From Epiperipatus broadwayi (taxonomy: Eukaryota; Animalia; Onychophora): 64,000 nt of DNA. Below, piece by piece: positions 40,726 through 55,405 of this stretch. The translations under genes and the position numbers were made by a program. The first letter of the stretch is position 1. The number at the start of each line of letters is the position of its first letter. The stretch is from assembly GCA_028023455.1 (NCBI GenBank), contig JAQFVV010000010.1:7812001-7876000 (forward strand), given 5' to 3'. Under the pieces are notes generated by a model that saw only the letters and a program-made list of their open reading frames with translations, did not search any database and was not told where the DNA came from.

Positions 40726-42510
40726 ATACATTTTTGATACTGTAAAGTCATCTTGAAAACTGAGCTTACATTTTTAAAAACTTTAGCAATATTATTATTT
40801 ATGTTAATATATAAAATAAAATTACCATATCTATAAATATTCTTAATTTCAAATGATATAATTTCTACTGCCTAGGAATTGGCATATTGTGGACATATAT
40901 AGAAATACAATAAATACATTAATCCACAAATAATATTATTACATATGAAGTTGTAATTAAAAAAAAAAAAACAATTAAAAAAATTCACTCCAATATCAAT
41001 TAATACATAAGTTTTAAAAAAATCTGATGTATTTAATGTAATTTTATTTTTGATTACATATAGAAATTACATATAGAAATTAAATACTAGTTGATTAGTC
41101 ATATTTTAAAACAATATACAAACAATATGAAGAATAAATGCACCTAAGATATGTGAAATAATATAAAAAATAATTTCAGCCAAAGAATTAAAGTAATTAA
41201 AATAATAGCTAAATATATACAGTTGTAAATAACTGATTTATGTCAATATATTTTTGTGGATAAAGAATTTCCTTTAAAAAAAAAGTTTAAACAATCAAGC
41301 AAACCAAGAAAATAAATAAATCAGAAATTAATTAACAAAGTGTATTACATAATATAAAATGTTTATATATAGAAATTGTGTAAACAAAGGGATGACTAGA
41401 AAAATCAGTTAATAGTAGGATTAATTACGGAACAATCAGTTACTATGAATAAGCTTTAAGCTAAATAATTTGCTCTAATAAAGCACATACAACGAAAACT
41501 ATTGTGGATTATTAAAGCAAATTCTTTAGCTTAAAAATTGTCAATGGTAATGTTTAGCAACACTTAGTCATTATATGAAGATACTAATTTAACATAAACA
41601 TATATACATTTTTGATAATTCATCATTACCAAAATTTAAATTATATTATGATTGTAAGTACAGCTATGAACATTTATGTGTCTGTCTACATAAATATAAA
41701 ACATCACTATATATATATACACACCCACAAATATTATTGCAAATATAAACATATATACACACAAAACAAAGCTCATCAATATGGATCAGTATACATACAA
41801 ATAGTGTACTTAAATATAGATAGTCACTGATAACTAATATATAAAAACATGAATATATAAAATAAATATATAACATAAGTACCTAAATCATATGCACAAA
41901 TCTATATATAAGCAGAGATGGAAAATAATTATAATTTTTGTAATTATTATATTATTAATGATATCTTGAAAATTTTTGGTACGCAATATCTCGAGGAAAT
42001 GTAATGTGTGTAAATGTATGCAAAAACGTATACAAGATATGCGTAAAATCTGTGAAGTTAGCAATTTTTGCCTAGTGCACTTTCGATTATGTCCATTATC
42101 TATAATGAAATGATGTTGAGTTACATGTTTTAATAGTTCTATTATGTTTTTTTTTTTTTTGTTCATAAATTTTACTGTATTACTGTAATGTACTTATCAC
42201 ATGTATTGATTATTCATCAATTTTTTTTATTAAGTGCTCATGAAATTCTACTTTTTTTCCCAATTCTATATATGGTTATTTTTATTTTGTAATAAATTTA
42301 TACAATAATTTATATTTATAACCATTATGTATATATAATCATTCCAAAATAAAAAAAAATTTGCATATAAACCAGAAGTTAATAAATAGATTCTGTTTGA
42401 AATTGTATTTTTTCTTTCTGATTTTTGATACAATGGTTGTAATGAATCAATCTTTTTATTTCTTTAAGAATATTTTTATAATAGGTTTTATTGCTAGATA
42501 TATATATATA

Positions 42511-42604
42511 TTTTTTCATGTATCATAGTATCAGGCGAACCCGCTAACCCGGGACACTGCTTGTAAGGCTGCTGTGCTGACCTCTCGACCACCAATGCTT
42601 GACT
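42511..42604 (-). mobile_element. tRNA-Gly-derived SINE (subfamily A-like, TAC variant)
   Basis: Minus: AGTCAAGCATTGGTGGTCGAGAGGTCAGCACAGCAGCCTTACAAGCAG...GGGTTCGCC. TSD TGCTAGATAT at 42492-42501 and 42607-42616. Confidence 0.8.
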
Positions 42605-44379
42605 AATGCTAGATATTTATTGTTATAAATGCATTTTATTAAATTAAATTAATAAGTTCATAAATTTATCCTTATATTCTTTAAAAATAATACTTATTGT
42701 TTCCATAGTCTAATGATTAGTAATATATCTTTTTATGTTAAAAATATAAATTGTTTTCTATCACTAGTATACATTCTTATTAATGGGATTTGATTTTCTG
42801 GTATATATATTTCTTAAAATTTCAACCACACATCTTTCAATATGAGGCATAAAGAGTTTAATATTATTATAAATGGATCGTCTGTCTTTATATTAGTAGA
42901 GAGAATGGATGTTTTGAATTTTTACTACAGCTGATAAAGATGAAATTCAATCAAAACATATATTTTGTAAGAGTTAAAATACTATTTTATATATCTAAAA
43001 TATATAATTCTTTAAATTTAGCATTTTAAAAAAAAACGTTTACTTTATTATATTATTTAATTATTACATATTTACAATTTTATATTTTTACAATTAGTTT
43101 TTGGTGTTTGTTTATTTGCTTGTTTTAAACAATAACATTCTATGTATAATACTAATACATAAAAAAAATTCCAATGGAAAACTTTATATTAATACTATTT
43201 TTCTCAAGAGAACTATAGTAATAAAATATAATCAAAAAATAATTCAATAAATTAAAAAAGAAACTGCAAATTGTACTTAAACTTATACGTAAATTAATAT
43301 ACTGATTATGTTTTACTAATCAACCAATCAAATCATCAGTAATATTCACTTACAACTATTGACATGCTAAAATAACTAGCTAAATAATTTTCTCTCAAGG
43401 CTATTAATTATTTCATGACTTCAAACTTTGCATTAAAGTATTTGGTTATAATATTTAAATGATTATTTCACATTTTAAGATCAAATATAAAAATAGCTTT
43501 GCACTTAATGTTGAAATACAGTAGCTCATTGTCAATTGACAATATGGTTCAGATTACACACTGTTTATTTTGGGAGAAATGAAGTCAAATATTGTTAATG
43601 AATATTTCCTGAAATTTGATTTAGCTGGTGAATTAAATATTGTTATTGAAGTAGTTTATATATTTATTCCAGTTTATCAGTTTGCATATGTAGATTATAT
43701 ATAGTTACAGCATTTATTAATTATTAGTGGTAAATATTTGGACACTAATCCATAATTCAACATCCAATACAGAAAAACATATTAGAAAGCTGCAGTATTA
43801 TACTAAAAGTCTATTAGTAATTGAAATTTGGCAAAATTATTCTAAAAAAAAAAAGAAGTATGACTAAAATATTTTTATTGATATATTTCTCTAATCAGTT
43901 AGCATATTGAAAAAGTAGCTTGCTGGTAAACAAACATTTCTGAATTGAATCCTGGCTGAGAGCCTAGTAGAACAAAAAATGGAGTGAAATTGTTATACCT
44001 TTTTTTCTTTCACATTGTGATGTTTAAATGTCATAATCATATAGATAACCTAATTACACAATGATATAAATAGTTATTCTATTCCAATTTGGAAAAGGTA
44101 TTATATACTCTCAGAAATATTTCTATTGATGAAAACTAAATCACCAGGGATGACATAAGTGCTCCATATATATATATATTAGCAATGCATCATTATACAA
44201 AATATCATTAATAAGTTGGTAAAAAATATGCTTTACTAAAAATATTCTATTATAAATAGAGAGCAAATAAATAACGTCTGAACTGGTAAAAATTTTAGGA
44301 GGAGCAAATTATTAAGATGCATCTCGTGCTCCTAGTGAGCACAGGTAATGGAATGATCTTTATATATAAAGGCCAACTG

Positions 44380-44600
44380 AGAATAATTTAGTGTCTGAAC
44401 AAGAGTTTCTGCTATCTTGTAGGATAAGATGTTGGTTCATCAAAGGCTAGATATTGTTTCCAATAGAAACAATATTTTCTGTCTCCTGCTTTTCCTTCTT
44501 TAGTTGCTTAAATTATTGTAGGAGCTGATTGCTATGATGCTCTCAGGCCATCGGATATCTTCTTATAATAATGTGGTAATAGGATCTCCATCCTTTAACT
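44380..44600 (-). mobile_element. Possible decayed RTE-like LINE 3' fragment
   Basis: Minus-strand remnants resembling QLLQ.I..GK..G.R of RTE C-termini; heavily degraded. Confidence 0.3.
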
Positions 44601-44714
44601 ACATATGCAGCATTTTTTATTATAACCCCCCCCCCCTTAGTTCAATTCCTGCAGAATTAAGAAAGTAATGAGGGGGACAGACTGACAGTCTTTAGTTGTG
44701 ATTTTTGCTCAATG

Positions 44715-45056
44715 CAGGGGTTCTCAATCTTTTTGGTTTCCGTATCCTTTTGGCTTTTGGTAAATTAACTGGTACTGCCTATTCATTATAATAATTTTCA
44801 TAAAAGCTGGACATGGCAGTGAGAAAAAAATTTACACAATGTCACTATGTCCCTGTCCAAAAAGAGACTTGAAATATTGCTGGTGTGACTGACAGATAGT
44901 ATCAAATATGGAATAGCCCAGGAATTTTTAATAACATAACTATTTTTGGATTATTTTAATAGCATAATATATTTATTTACCTGCTATTCACTGTATCCCT
45001 TGGACAAACTTTCTGTATCCTCTGATGATAGAGATACTCCAGGTTGATAATTCCTG
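44715..45056. mobile_element. Decayed hAT (Charlie-like) MITE
   Basis: Left CAGGGGTTCTCAATCTTTT, right AGGTTGATAATTCCTG; 8-bp flanks GCTCAATG/TTTTAATG match 5 of 8. Confidence 0.5.
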
Positions 45057-45819
45057 TTTTAATGTATCAGTTTGGAACTGGATTTCAATGAGGTAAGAAT
45101 TCCAGCTGACAAAGATTGTATGTTTAGACAGCCCTATTTAAGGATTCCTTCACGGAACTGGAATCCCCTAGAAAATGAGTTCTAAAAATGGCCTGCCTCA
45201 CACAGCCTGGCTAGGTTATTATGCATGACCAATTATTATTTCAGTAGTAGAAATAATATCAATAGTAATAATAATAGCAGTAGTAAAACAAGAATGAGAT
45301 AGTATTAAAGATTAAGCTTTATAATTTTTTTTAATTGACCACAAAAAGAAGTTTCCTTCAAAGAGATCCTTTAATTTCTCTTTGAGGATTTAATGAAACT
45401 GAGCAGAATAAAGTTTTAATGTAGATTTCTTATATCCTTGTCATTGCATATGATTATTCTTATAGTGAATTAATGTGAATGGGCTGATTGTTAAAGTGAT
45501 TTTTGCAGGATAGTGAGTTTATTAGCTTTAAGATCAAGAAACAACATGGAATTTTTTGTCAGTTGCCTGTTGGTTTTAATTGGAACATTATATTTTTGAA
45601 AGCAGGGTGTATGTGTGTGTGATTTTTTTTTAAAATTAGATATTTATAATTATGTCTGACAAAATTAAATTATGGCCCTTATTGCAAGAAGGCTATAAAG
45701 TCGGCCAAAGAAGCAAATGGCAGCCAAAGGCAGATGCTAAAAATCCCCTGATTGTGGAGTCAGGTTGTAATTTGATAATTTTTTATTTAGCATCTATAAT
45801 TGCAGATCATTTTTAAATA

Positions 45820-47677
45820 AAGGATGATTATATGAATTTGAAAGAGTATCTAATATCAAATGGGACACCATTTGGATTTTTTGAAGTTAGAAAACTATAA
45901 AAGCACAAATCTTGGAAACCCAATTAGTGTGATTTCTTATAAATAAAAAATGAAGACCAACATTGTGCATATATATATCAGGCAGAGTGGCAAGATTAGT
46001 TATTCAACCTAATGAAGAAACCAAAGACATAATTAGGTTCGTCCTCCAACAAGTTCTCTATGATGAAGAAGAAGATTTTTATTTACATGTACAAAATGCT
46101 TTTGATCAGATAAATCTTTTAAAATTATTTTGGAGATTTTAATGTTAGAATTGGAAAATATTGAAAGAGGAAAGTATTGTGGTTAATTTGGCTATGTTGA
46201 CAAAAATGAGAGACAACACAGATTTGGAGAATTTGCAAAAAAAAAAAAAGAAAAATTGTATATTATGAATTCCTTCTTTCAGAAAAATACTACATGGACC
46301 TGGAAATATCCAAAACGAAGACACAATGTAATTGGATATTTTGACTAACAGAAAATATGTAGTTCAAGATTGTAATATTCTTAATAGATTCAACATAAGT
46401 CATCATCAATTAATGTGGTGTAAAATGTATTAATGTAAAATTAACCACTCCGATAAATTTAAATTAGAACTTGCCAATTTTTTTTAAATATTAACAGATT
46501 TTGAAGATGATTTAAACTTAATCGAAATCAATAAAAAGAAACTAATACTATACTAAGAACTGCAATAAAGACAGCTAATACAAAAAAGCAGAAATTCACA
46601 AATAAATCTTCAGCTGAGACAAGGAATTGTATAGAGAAAAGAAGTAATGTGAAAATATTTAAAGTAGTCCATTAAGAAGGATCAAGTATCTGGAATTCTG
46701 TAAAATGGTATGAAAAAAAAAGAATTAATACTGATATAAAAAAGTATAATTGTGAATTTTCAAGAAAAGCTAAAGAATAGCATAAAAGTTCAAAACTATA
46801 AAAGAATATCTTTATATCGGAAGAAAACTTATTTCAACAATAAGAAGAAAAGATGGAACTATTACTTAAAAAAGAGATGGCATTAAGAAATGTATGGAAG
46901 AGTTCTACAAAGAATTGCATATTTTTTGAATTGCCAAGCATTATAAATGGACAATTAAATATATGAAGAAGAGAAAAACTCCAGGAAAGGATGAAATTAT
47001 GATTGATATCTGAAAAGAAATAAATGAAGAAATAGATAAATCATTAGTAAAACTATATACAAAATATCTCTATGGTAAAGATGTATCAAATGATTGGAAG
47101 AATACATTGATAATAATAATATTATAAAAAAATGTTAGGGAAGATATTAGAAATTACATATCTATCAGTTTTATACAAAATATTTTTCAAGATAATTACA
47201 ATTCATTTTCAGTGAACTTTGGATTTTAATCAGCCAAGAGATTAACCTGAATTTAAAGTGGTTTTATAGTGGATCACATTCAAATATTAAGAAAAGTTAT
47301 ATATAGAACTAAAAAATGAGTTAGGCTTTAAATGTGTTGATTATGAAAAGACATTTCATGTTGTAAATATTTCCCCAATGTTTCAAGAGTTGGATCATCA
47401 TAATGTGGAGCCAGAATATTGTCATGAAAATGTAATAGCAGTGATTAGATTACATGATGTTAACCCTGATCTGGATATACAATAAGATGATTTCATATTT
47501 TCTGAAATTTTACAGCAATTGTACACGAAATATTTTGTGGATTGAAATGGGAAGCTAAGAAAATAAAATTCAATGGAGATTATTTACATCTATATTTTGC
47601 AATTGATGCGATTGGTTTTGTAAATAATGCTTCAGAGATACAGTGATCTCAGATCCAAGGTTACTCACTGATGAAAG
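45820..47677 (+). mobile_element. Decayed RTE LINE (APE endonuclease to mid-RT), related to 27052-28209
   Basis: Remnants of IKWD...EVRK, DEEEDFY, GDFN.RIG, MNSFFQK...WTWK.P, PGKD, VDYEK.F and CGLKWEAK; aligns with the 27-kb copy up to the ELSDES codons, where it joins an HHR element. Confidence 0.85.
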
Positions 47678-47790
47678 CCACAAGCTAGAAACTAGTCTGG
47701 GGATATTGGGTGAATAAACATTAGATGGGGATTTTATGCATAAACCTTCTTGCACTGAGTGGTGCTACTGTATGGAGAGTTTAGCCTCTG
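47664..47790 (+). ncRNA. HHR motif + right arm of the HHR-palindrome family, fused to RTE
   Basis: CTCA-CTGATGA(47668-47674)-AAGC cacaa GCTA-GAAA(47688-47691)-CTAG-TC-TGGG, then homology to the right arm of the 61.9-kb element. Confidence 0.7.
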
Positions 47791-50700
47791 TGTAAAAAAA
47801 AAAAATTAAAAGAAAAAAGTTGTCTGAAAGACATTAATTGGAGACGATTGATCTTATCAAAATGTTCAAGTATAACTCGAAGATACTCAATTGTCATTTA
47901 AATCATACATCTGGAGATACAACAGATGTAAAATATCCTCAACTCAAAATTTGACTGTACAGATTATAATAATTGGATCAATTTTATTCTGGAAGTAAAT
48001 AGTGCTATCTGGAACAGTATTTATGTATAATTTTCCAAAATGGTCAAATGCTCTGCTGTTATGACTTATCCTTGCAGAACAATAATTGCACCAACAGAAG
48101 GGCTTATAGTGGAGAGGGAGGGTTTTTTTTTTTGGTGATGCCTAGATATAAACTATTCCACTAGTTGAAGGAAATATAAATGGTATTTCATTCAAACAAT
48201 GTCATGCTTTTAGTCATAGATTATTCTGCTTTTATGAGTTGGTATATCTTTTTTTTTTCGCATCAGAACAATGGCTTTTATGATGACTCAATCTTAAATG
48301 TTTTGAACATGAATCCCTGATTGACAATATTGATGCCAACAATGATTTGTTAAACTGTTATGTTTTTTTGTAATCATCCATACTATTTATTGAGCTCTCT
48401 CAGTAATCATAGATTTATGATTATTAATAATTCTACTAATTTTTGTTCTATATTTAGTGAATACAATTATTGTTTGTTTTTGAATTATTAATCAACTCAA
48501 CTGCTTTTGTATGTTGATGATCTAGTTAATAAGGCAGCAATAGTAGGCTTATTTAAAGATCTGTAAATCAAAATTAACAAAATCTTCTACAATTTGAATT
48601 TTATCCAAACAATTTTATTAGCTGGATATCAGACAATGACATATCCATATTATAATTATGATGAACTCCTATAGATCAATAATATTTAGTGTAAAGGTAT
48701 TCTAAATTACACTGTAATTCAAATGTTTTTAAAGATTTTACTCAATTTATTAACAATCAGTGTAGCATTAGTGTTGCAATTTATAAGTGTTACTTAATAA
48801 TTGCTACACTTCCAAATATTCTTTTTAAAATATATGAATAAAGATATTTTAAAAGACAAATGACCGCTACAATACATTTCACACAGTTGACCCATGTCAC
48901 CAATACATCTTACGGAGCATTTGTTTTTTAAATATATCTTCATTTTTAACTTTTAAAAAGAATGTTTGGTGGTGCGGTGATTATTAAGTATATCTATAAA
49001 AAATATACATGGGGAAAAAGAAATGAAGTTGAATTAGTTCATGTGCATATATTTAATTAAAAACAAGTATATTATTCTTTAAGTTTAAAATGTATATCTG
49101 GGCTAGGGATAATCTCTAGTTTAATAAGTGATTAGTGATAATCATTATTATATTTATTTAGAGTAGATCATGTCAAAATAGTAGATGGCGTAAGTTTGAT
49201 CCTTGTAAATCAAAAAGTAACAGGCTAATTTAATTTAAAACATCTTTACATATTTCTTTAAAGATGATGATTATGAGTTATCTTTAAAGAAAATAATCCA
49301 GCTGTTTCAAGATAAAATAGAATTGATGTTTAACTGGGGAGGGGGCTAATCCCAAGCTTGTAACATTAATAGACATAACTAAATTGTTGGTTTTGGTTGT
49401 TTAGATTATAATCATCAAATTAATAATAAAAGGGGTTGATATTTAGATAATGAAATTGATCAGTGGGAAATGTCAATCCTGGGTAAAATCTTGTTGTAGA
49501 AGTTTGATAGGTCTTTAAATAATGTTTATTTACAGCTTTTGATAGCCTCTGCTGTAAATATTTGTTTGATGACACTGTTATTGTAAATATATAATGTTTA
49601 TTTAAATATTATAGATATATGTGTGAAATTTCTTGTGGTATAATAATTAGTATATTAGCCTACCATTCCGTGATCTGATTTCAAGTTTGCAATGGTAAGA
49701 AAAAATATGTTGAGAGGAGAGGATTTGCATTTATTGATGCCAAGCCTATGGTCCATTTTAACATAGATATGTGTAAATACACACATTTAAATATGTAGTA
49801 TATATGAGCATAAATTTACCTATGTATAAACATACATGAAATAATAGATATTTGTCTCTAATATTTTGAATACACATATGTTTAAGCACTATTTTTACTA
49901 GAGTTAGATACAAATGAGAAGTGATCTAACTGTGTAAATTATTTCTAAAGATATTTCGCTTAATTAATTTAATAATGGGAATTGTATAACTTTAAAGTGT
50001 AATTAAATAAAAAGTGCTGCCTTTCATCTGTTGCATTTGTGGTAGAAGGGAATTACATCAACATTTTAATTAGTCTTCAATTTATTTTGTTAAGATAGTT
50101 ATTTCATTGTCATAGATGAATTTTTAGATGGATAAAATGACTCCTTTATAAATAATAAATTTAAATAGTAAAAATTGTTTGAACAATATATTGTATTCTT
50201 GGTTTCAGACAACTTTTGTAGCCCATGTAACTTCTTTTAACTTTCTGTGTAACATGCTTAATTTATGAATATATCACCATAATAGTTTTATATTAAAATT
50301 TTATATGTTTTGTTCCCTGCTCATTTACTCAAGCTTTTTCTAACATTTGTAGAAGTATTTTTTCTATTTTTTATTATATAAAGCTTATATGCATTTTCTT
50401 TTTAAAATAATTTGATTTTCCATTTTGCACTAAGTAAAAGTATAGCTTGATTTATGATAAGCAATCTATTACTCAAAAAAAATCTTTATGCCTGGATTAG
50501 AATATTAAACAAACCAGTTTAATGTTGTGTAAATTTGGGCAAAACTAATACATAATTTTGATAAATTATGAACAAAATAATAGGATCTCCTAATATATTA
50601 GTACTTATATGTTTGACATGTAGTACAGAAATAGAAATCCAGATAGAAATTTTATGATATTGCTAGTAATTATCTAACCAAAAGTTGATATCAATTTATA

Positions 50701-53142
50701 AGCACATGAAAAGAAATATCAAATGACTTGAATTTAAAAAGAAGTTACGGTTGATGTTTGATAAGTCTTCAAAATTGTTGAAGAATTTGATGTTTCCAGA
50801 TATGAAATTTTAAATGGCAATGAATGTATTCACTAAAGATAGGATACAAAATCTGCTAGAGTTTGTTATCAAATCAGGAAATCATATCAGCACAAACTTC
50901 TTCAATGACTAAATCCTGCTTGAACATTCTAATGACTGTCAATCAATATATTATGAATTATGCAAATAAAACATACACAGCTAAGCTCTCATTTCAAAAC
51001 CTTTGGCTTCTGATATAAATGCTATGCTGCTAAAATGAAGATAAAATGAACATAAAAACTGGGGCCAATCAGTACTTTTGCCAATAACTAAAATACCTTA
51101 TGTCTATGATTACTAAAAGAACTCTTCATTCGAACTGCTTTTAGTGGAACTAATATGATTTAAGAGCCAGATCGTGGTATCTTAAACCAATAATTTATTC
51201 TGCACAATTTATTACAGCTCAAGAATATTCAAATATTTGAAGGACTAGGTTCACTTCATATTACAAAAATGTTATGTTCTAAGTTAATAATACTTCTGTC
51301 TAATATTAGAGTATACATCTCTCTTGGTTTCCAATCACATGATTTAAACATTAAAGAGCTATGTGAATTTATGAGCAATTAGACACAAAGTAATACTCCA
51401 CCGACATCTTTTATTACGATGAGATTTCTGCCCATGTGTAAAATAACTTTTAATATTATTAATTTTATCATTTAAAGTCAATCTTTCATAGGATGCATGC
51501 AATTCATAGTGCAAATAGTGTCTCTACATCAAATTATTAAAAGTATCTCATCTGAGATATTTTTATATCTACTCTTACACAGATACCACAATAACAAATT
51601 AGCATTAACATTCAGTTCCAATCATTAAAATATGAAATTGCAGAAAATGTTTCATATAAAACGTGTTAAGAATATTATTATAACTGACGTAATTTTTCAC
51701 ATGCTTTAGTGTGTATATGAAGAACATTCATTAAATTTGTCATGAAAATGATTTACGAATGTTTAATTGCATAGAAAGTAATTAATATTTGTTAGATTGT
51801 GGTCTAGGATATGATCTATATTATGGTAAAAAGTAAAGCCTGGACTATTAATGGTAAATGCAGATCATAAGTTTTTAAAATATGGATGGTTAGAAGAATT
51901 CAGAGAAAATATGTAATTACTACAAGAAGAAAAAATAGAAATAATATAAATGAAAGAAATTAGAAGAATGCTTTTAGAAATAGTTAATAGGAGAATTATT
52001 AATCTGAGATATTTATTATTATACAAAAATAACTCTGAAGAGAAGAAAGACCAAGGGCTTATAACGACATTTCACATGAGCTTCAGAGTCTAATTAAGTG
52101 AATGAATTATTTTTGTTTGGAAAGAGGTGGGTCTTAAATATTTTTATTATAATTAATTTTTAAAATTTAGAAATAATTATAAGATTTGAGGTGGAAGTTT
52201 TAGTCCAAGTATATTGATATTTCATTTTATCAAAAGATTTTAGTATATTTATAAAGTTGAATTTGGATTGAGATTTAAATAATATTTACTGAGGCTATAA
52301 CCTCGATAATATGCGTATAAAATGCGATAGTAGGGACCTCTACAGGTGTTTTAACCACAAGCTTACGCTATGGAAGAAAAATGTATAATCCTATTAAAGA
52401 ACTTTATTTTAACTACTGTTAAAAGACTGCCATTCATTGATACAAAACTAACATGAATTTGATTAACATTTTACATAGAAGTTATTTAAAACAATTATTG
52501 GAATAATCTATGTCTTAATTGCAGTTATATTTTAGTTAGGAGAGTAGATTGCACATTTTGAGGGAATCAATTTGTTTTATAGGCTATAGTAATTTCTAGA
52601 AATATCCTATACAATGTTAAGTTTGTTTTTTGTTCAAATTATTTTTGGTAACCATGAAGTTATTATGGAATTAATATATTATTTAGAAACTTTTTTCTAT
52701 CTAAAAGTCTTTATTTTTAAAGACAGTCACTCTATATGTTTTATGGCAACTGTATTTTGTAAAAAATGAAGAAAATACCTTAAAGTTTTCATCTAAAGTT
52801 TGATATTGCTATCCAACAATTCCATACAGATATTGAAGTAAATAGATAAAATCATGATGCTTTGTTTGATATATATATAATCTTTGCCTAAGATAATTAG
52901 AATACTGACTTTATTAAATATATAGCTACTGGCATCATATTTATATAAGTATGTTGATTTGGAAATTCAAAATCTTAAGAGTATTTTTTATATCGGGTTT
53001 TTGTCAGCTTGGGTAGTGTACAAGAAGTAAAGATAGCTGTTGGATATGTGGCTGAAAATTCTGCTCCTCATTGAAGACAAAAAATATCTAGAACTTTGTT
53101 AGGGAGTTTGAATTTCTTTCTCTAATTATATGTTGAAAGTTA

Positions 53143-53252
53143 ATCAAGCTTTATTAGCCGAGAGGTCATCGCAACCGCCTTGCAAGCAAGTAGTTGGTTG
53201 CAGATGGTTGTGGATTCGTGTCCCAGCTGATGCTATGACATATGAAAAAAAA
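53143..53252 (+). mobile_element. tRNA-Gly-derived SINE, subfamily B
   Basis: ATCAAGC...GCCGAGAGGTC...GCCTTGCAAGCAAGTAGTTGGTTGCAG...GGATTCGTGTCCCAGCTGATGCTATGACATATG + A tail. TSD TGTTGAAAGTTA at 53131-53142 and 53263-53274. Confidence 0.85.
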
Positions 53253-54563
53253 TATATATATGTGTTGAAAGTTATCACAAGTTGGACGATGTTTTGTTAT
53301 TTTAAAGGAAAATAATTGGCTGATGAATATCATTCTAGTGATGAGTATCAGAATAGAATATTTTAAAAAAATTGTAAGCTAAAACTTTAAAAAATATATA
53401 GAAATATATATCATTGTTCCAAAGTTTTTTGTAAGGAACATTTCATGGATTAAAAGGAGAATAAAAAGAAAAATTCAAAAATCATTTTAATTTTGTAGGT
53501 GAGTGGTCATTTTCTCAAATATATATAAGAGCTATCTGACCAGTAAGACTAAAAGTAAATAAAATATTAAAACATTAGAAGGTTAACAATTATACAAAAC
53601 ATAGTCATATTAATATAGATCAGCATATGATGCATGATTTACTTTTTTGATATAACAGACTATAATCTAACCCAACAAAATTTATGAATAAAAAATGACA
53701 TTTAAAAATAAAACAAAATTAAAATAATTATTTGTAAAATAAAGTTGCAAGTATTACTAAACTTAGATTTTAACATTAATGTGAAACTTTGCACAGTTGA
53801 ATAAATGAAATTAATCTTAATTTATTAATAATTAACGCTAACATTATTCTTTCTTGTATTCTCTCTCTGTTTGCTTTTATCTTATTGCTTTTAGGGTAGT
53901 AAAAGAAAGTTGTTATGAATCTCTCATGCCTTTGATTCCCACTCTGCACTGACTTGTGACAACAAGATTGTGTGGCCACCCCAATTTCACGCAATAATTT
54001 TAACTTTATTATTATTATTATTCTGTCTTTCTCGTTTTTTATTTTTATGAAATTAAAATAGCCATATTCACTCAGCATCAAACTGTCATAGCATCTTATG
54101 ATTATAAAGTAATGATGCTTTCATCATTTTGATGCACATGGGGCTGGAATACTAATCTGCATTTAAATTAATGCAATTTTGATCTGTAACATTCAATTGT
54201 AGAAAAAAAAAAAATCTTTTTATTATGCACGAGTAATTACTTCTAAATAGAAAGATTTGGTTCTTTTTTGTTTTTATAATCATATGATTTCTGAAAAATT
54301 AGTAATACTTCGTATATTTTAAAATATTATTTCCAAGAAATGAATTTCTATAAAGAAATAATATTTCAAATAATATAAAAAACAAAACAAAACATTGTCT
54401 ATAGGATTAGATTGATTAATTTATTGACTATATTGCCATTTTAATTATAATTAAGACATTTTTATTAGAATTAATCGTAATAAAATTTTCTTTAGCTCTA
54501 TAAATAATATTTTCAAATAAAACAAACTTTATTTAAATTATATAGCTAAATTACGTTTTTTTT

Positions 54564-54670
54564 GTCTTGCATTGGTGGTCGAGAGGTCAGCGCGACTGCC
54601 TTGCCCTTGCAGACAGTTGCCCGGGTTGCGGGTTCGCGTCCCAGCCGATGCTATGACATTAAAAAAAAAA
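54564..54670 (+). mobile_element. tRNA-Gly-derived SINE, subfamily A
   Basis: A box TGGTCGAGAGG, B box GGTTCGCGTCC, poly(A), imperfect TSD AAATTACG(G)TTTTTTT; CpGs largely intact, suggesting a young copy. Confidence 0.85.
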
Positions 54671-55167
54671 AATTACGGTTTTTTTTTTTTTATATATTTT
54701 GTTTTTTTGATTGCTGGAAGAATTTATTTCAATTCAACTTTACAATATATATCTGCTATTCGTTCTCATTTCTATGCAAAGGTATAATCAATGTATCTAA
54801 GATTGTTAATGTTTCTTCTGCAATTTTGATTCCATATTTGTTGCATTTCTATTTACCTTTCTTATATAATTAAATAAGCAAGAAATAATATGCAGCATAT
54901 AAAAATTTTTTCGCCTCTATCTGTTTTATTGTGGCTTCTATTTCTGTATATAGATTTCTCTGGTACGCCTATTTCTCTAAAAACATTTCATAATTTAATA
55001 TTGTTTCCTGAATCAAAAGCTTTTCTGTAATGTTGTGGTAGCATTCCTGCCTCGCACATCCATTTCATATTTGGTTCCAGAATTTTTTTTCCTGATAATT
55101 GCTTCATAGCAAACCCAACTACATATTGAATACTAGTGTTTTCCTGAAGGTTTGTGATGATGGTGTC

Positions 55168-55347
55168 AATGAACATATGTTCAATTGGGAAGATACAAAA
55201 ATATTGGATAGAGAAGAAAAGATACAAAGATAAAAATTTAAAGAAGCTGCTCACATGACAATGGCAAAAAATCCCATAAGACAACGGAGTGTGACTATAC
55301 ATAATGAATGGAAATCACTAATCAACTTTACTTTTAGGGAAAAGTAG
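55168..55347 (+). mobile_element. Penelope-like element, C-terminal end of the GIY-YIG endonuclease ORF (one in-frame stop)
   Basis: NEHMFNWEDTKILDREEKIQR*KFKEAAHMTMAKNPIRQRSVTIHNEWKSLINF fits the PLE pattern H.F.W....IL..E.....R...EA. Insertion 55138-55677 has a ~21-bp TSD AACTACA(A)TATTGAATACTAGT at 55117-55137 and 55678-55699. Confidence 0.7.
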
Positions 55348-55405
55348 AGAAATCAGGAGAAACCTTATAGATAATTATATGAATTTACTACAATCTGTTG
55401 CCTTT

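Noticed and set aside
41612-42166. Three ORFs of 70-92 aa
   Set aside because: TA/CA-rich low-complexity sequence, no motifs.
45022-45045. CTGATGA-TAGAG ata CTC as an HHR
   Set aside because: No GAAA after the stem; lies in the subterminal region of the hAT-like MITE.
53776-54081. 101-aa minus-strand ORF as an upstream exon
   Set aside because: No consistent splice sites or recognisable domain.
54562-54873. ORFs 54562-54873, 54572-54787, 53130-53315, 30905-31090 and 22029-22301
   Set aside because: Read-through of SINE copies into A/T tails.
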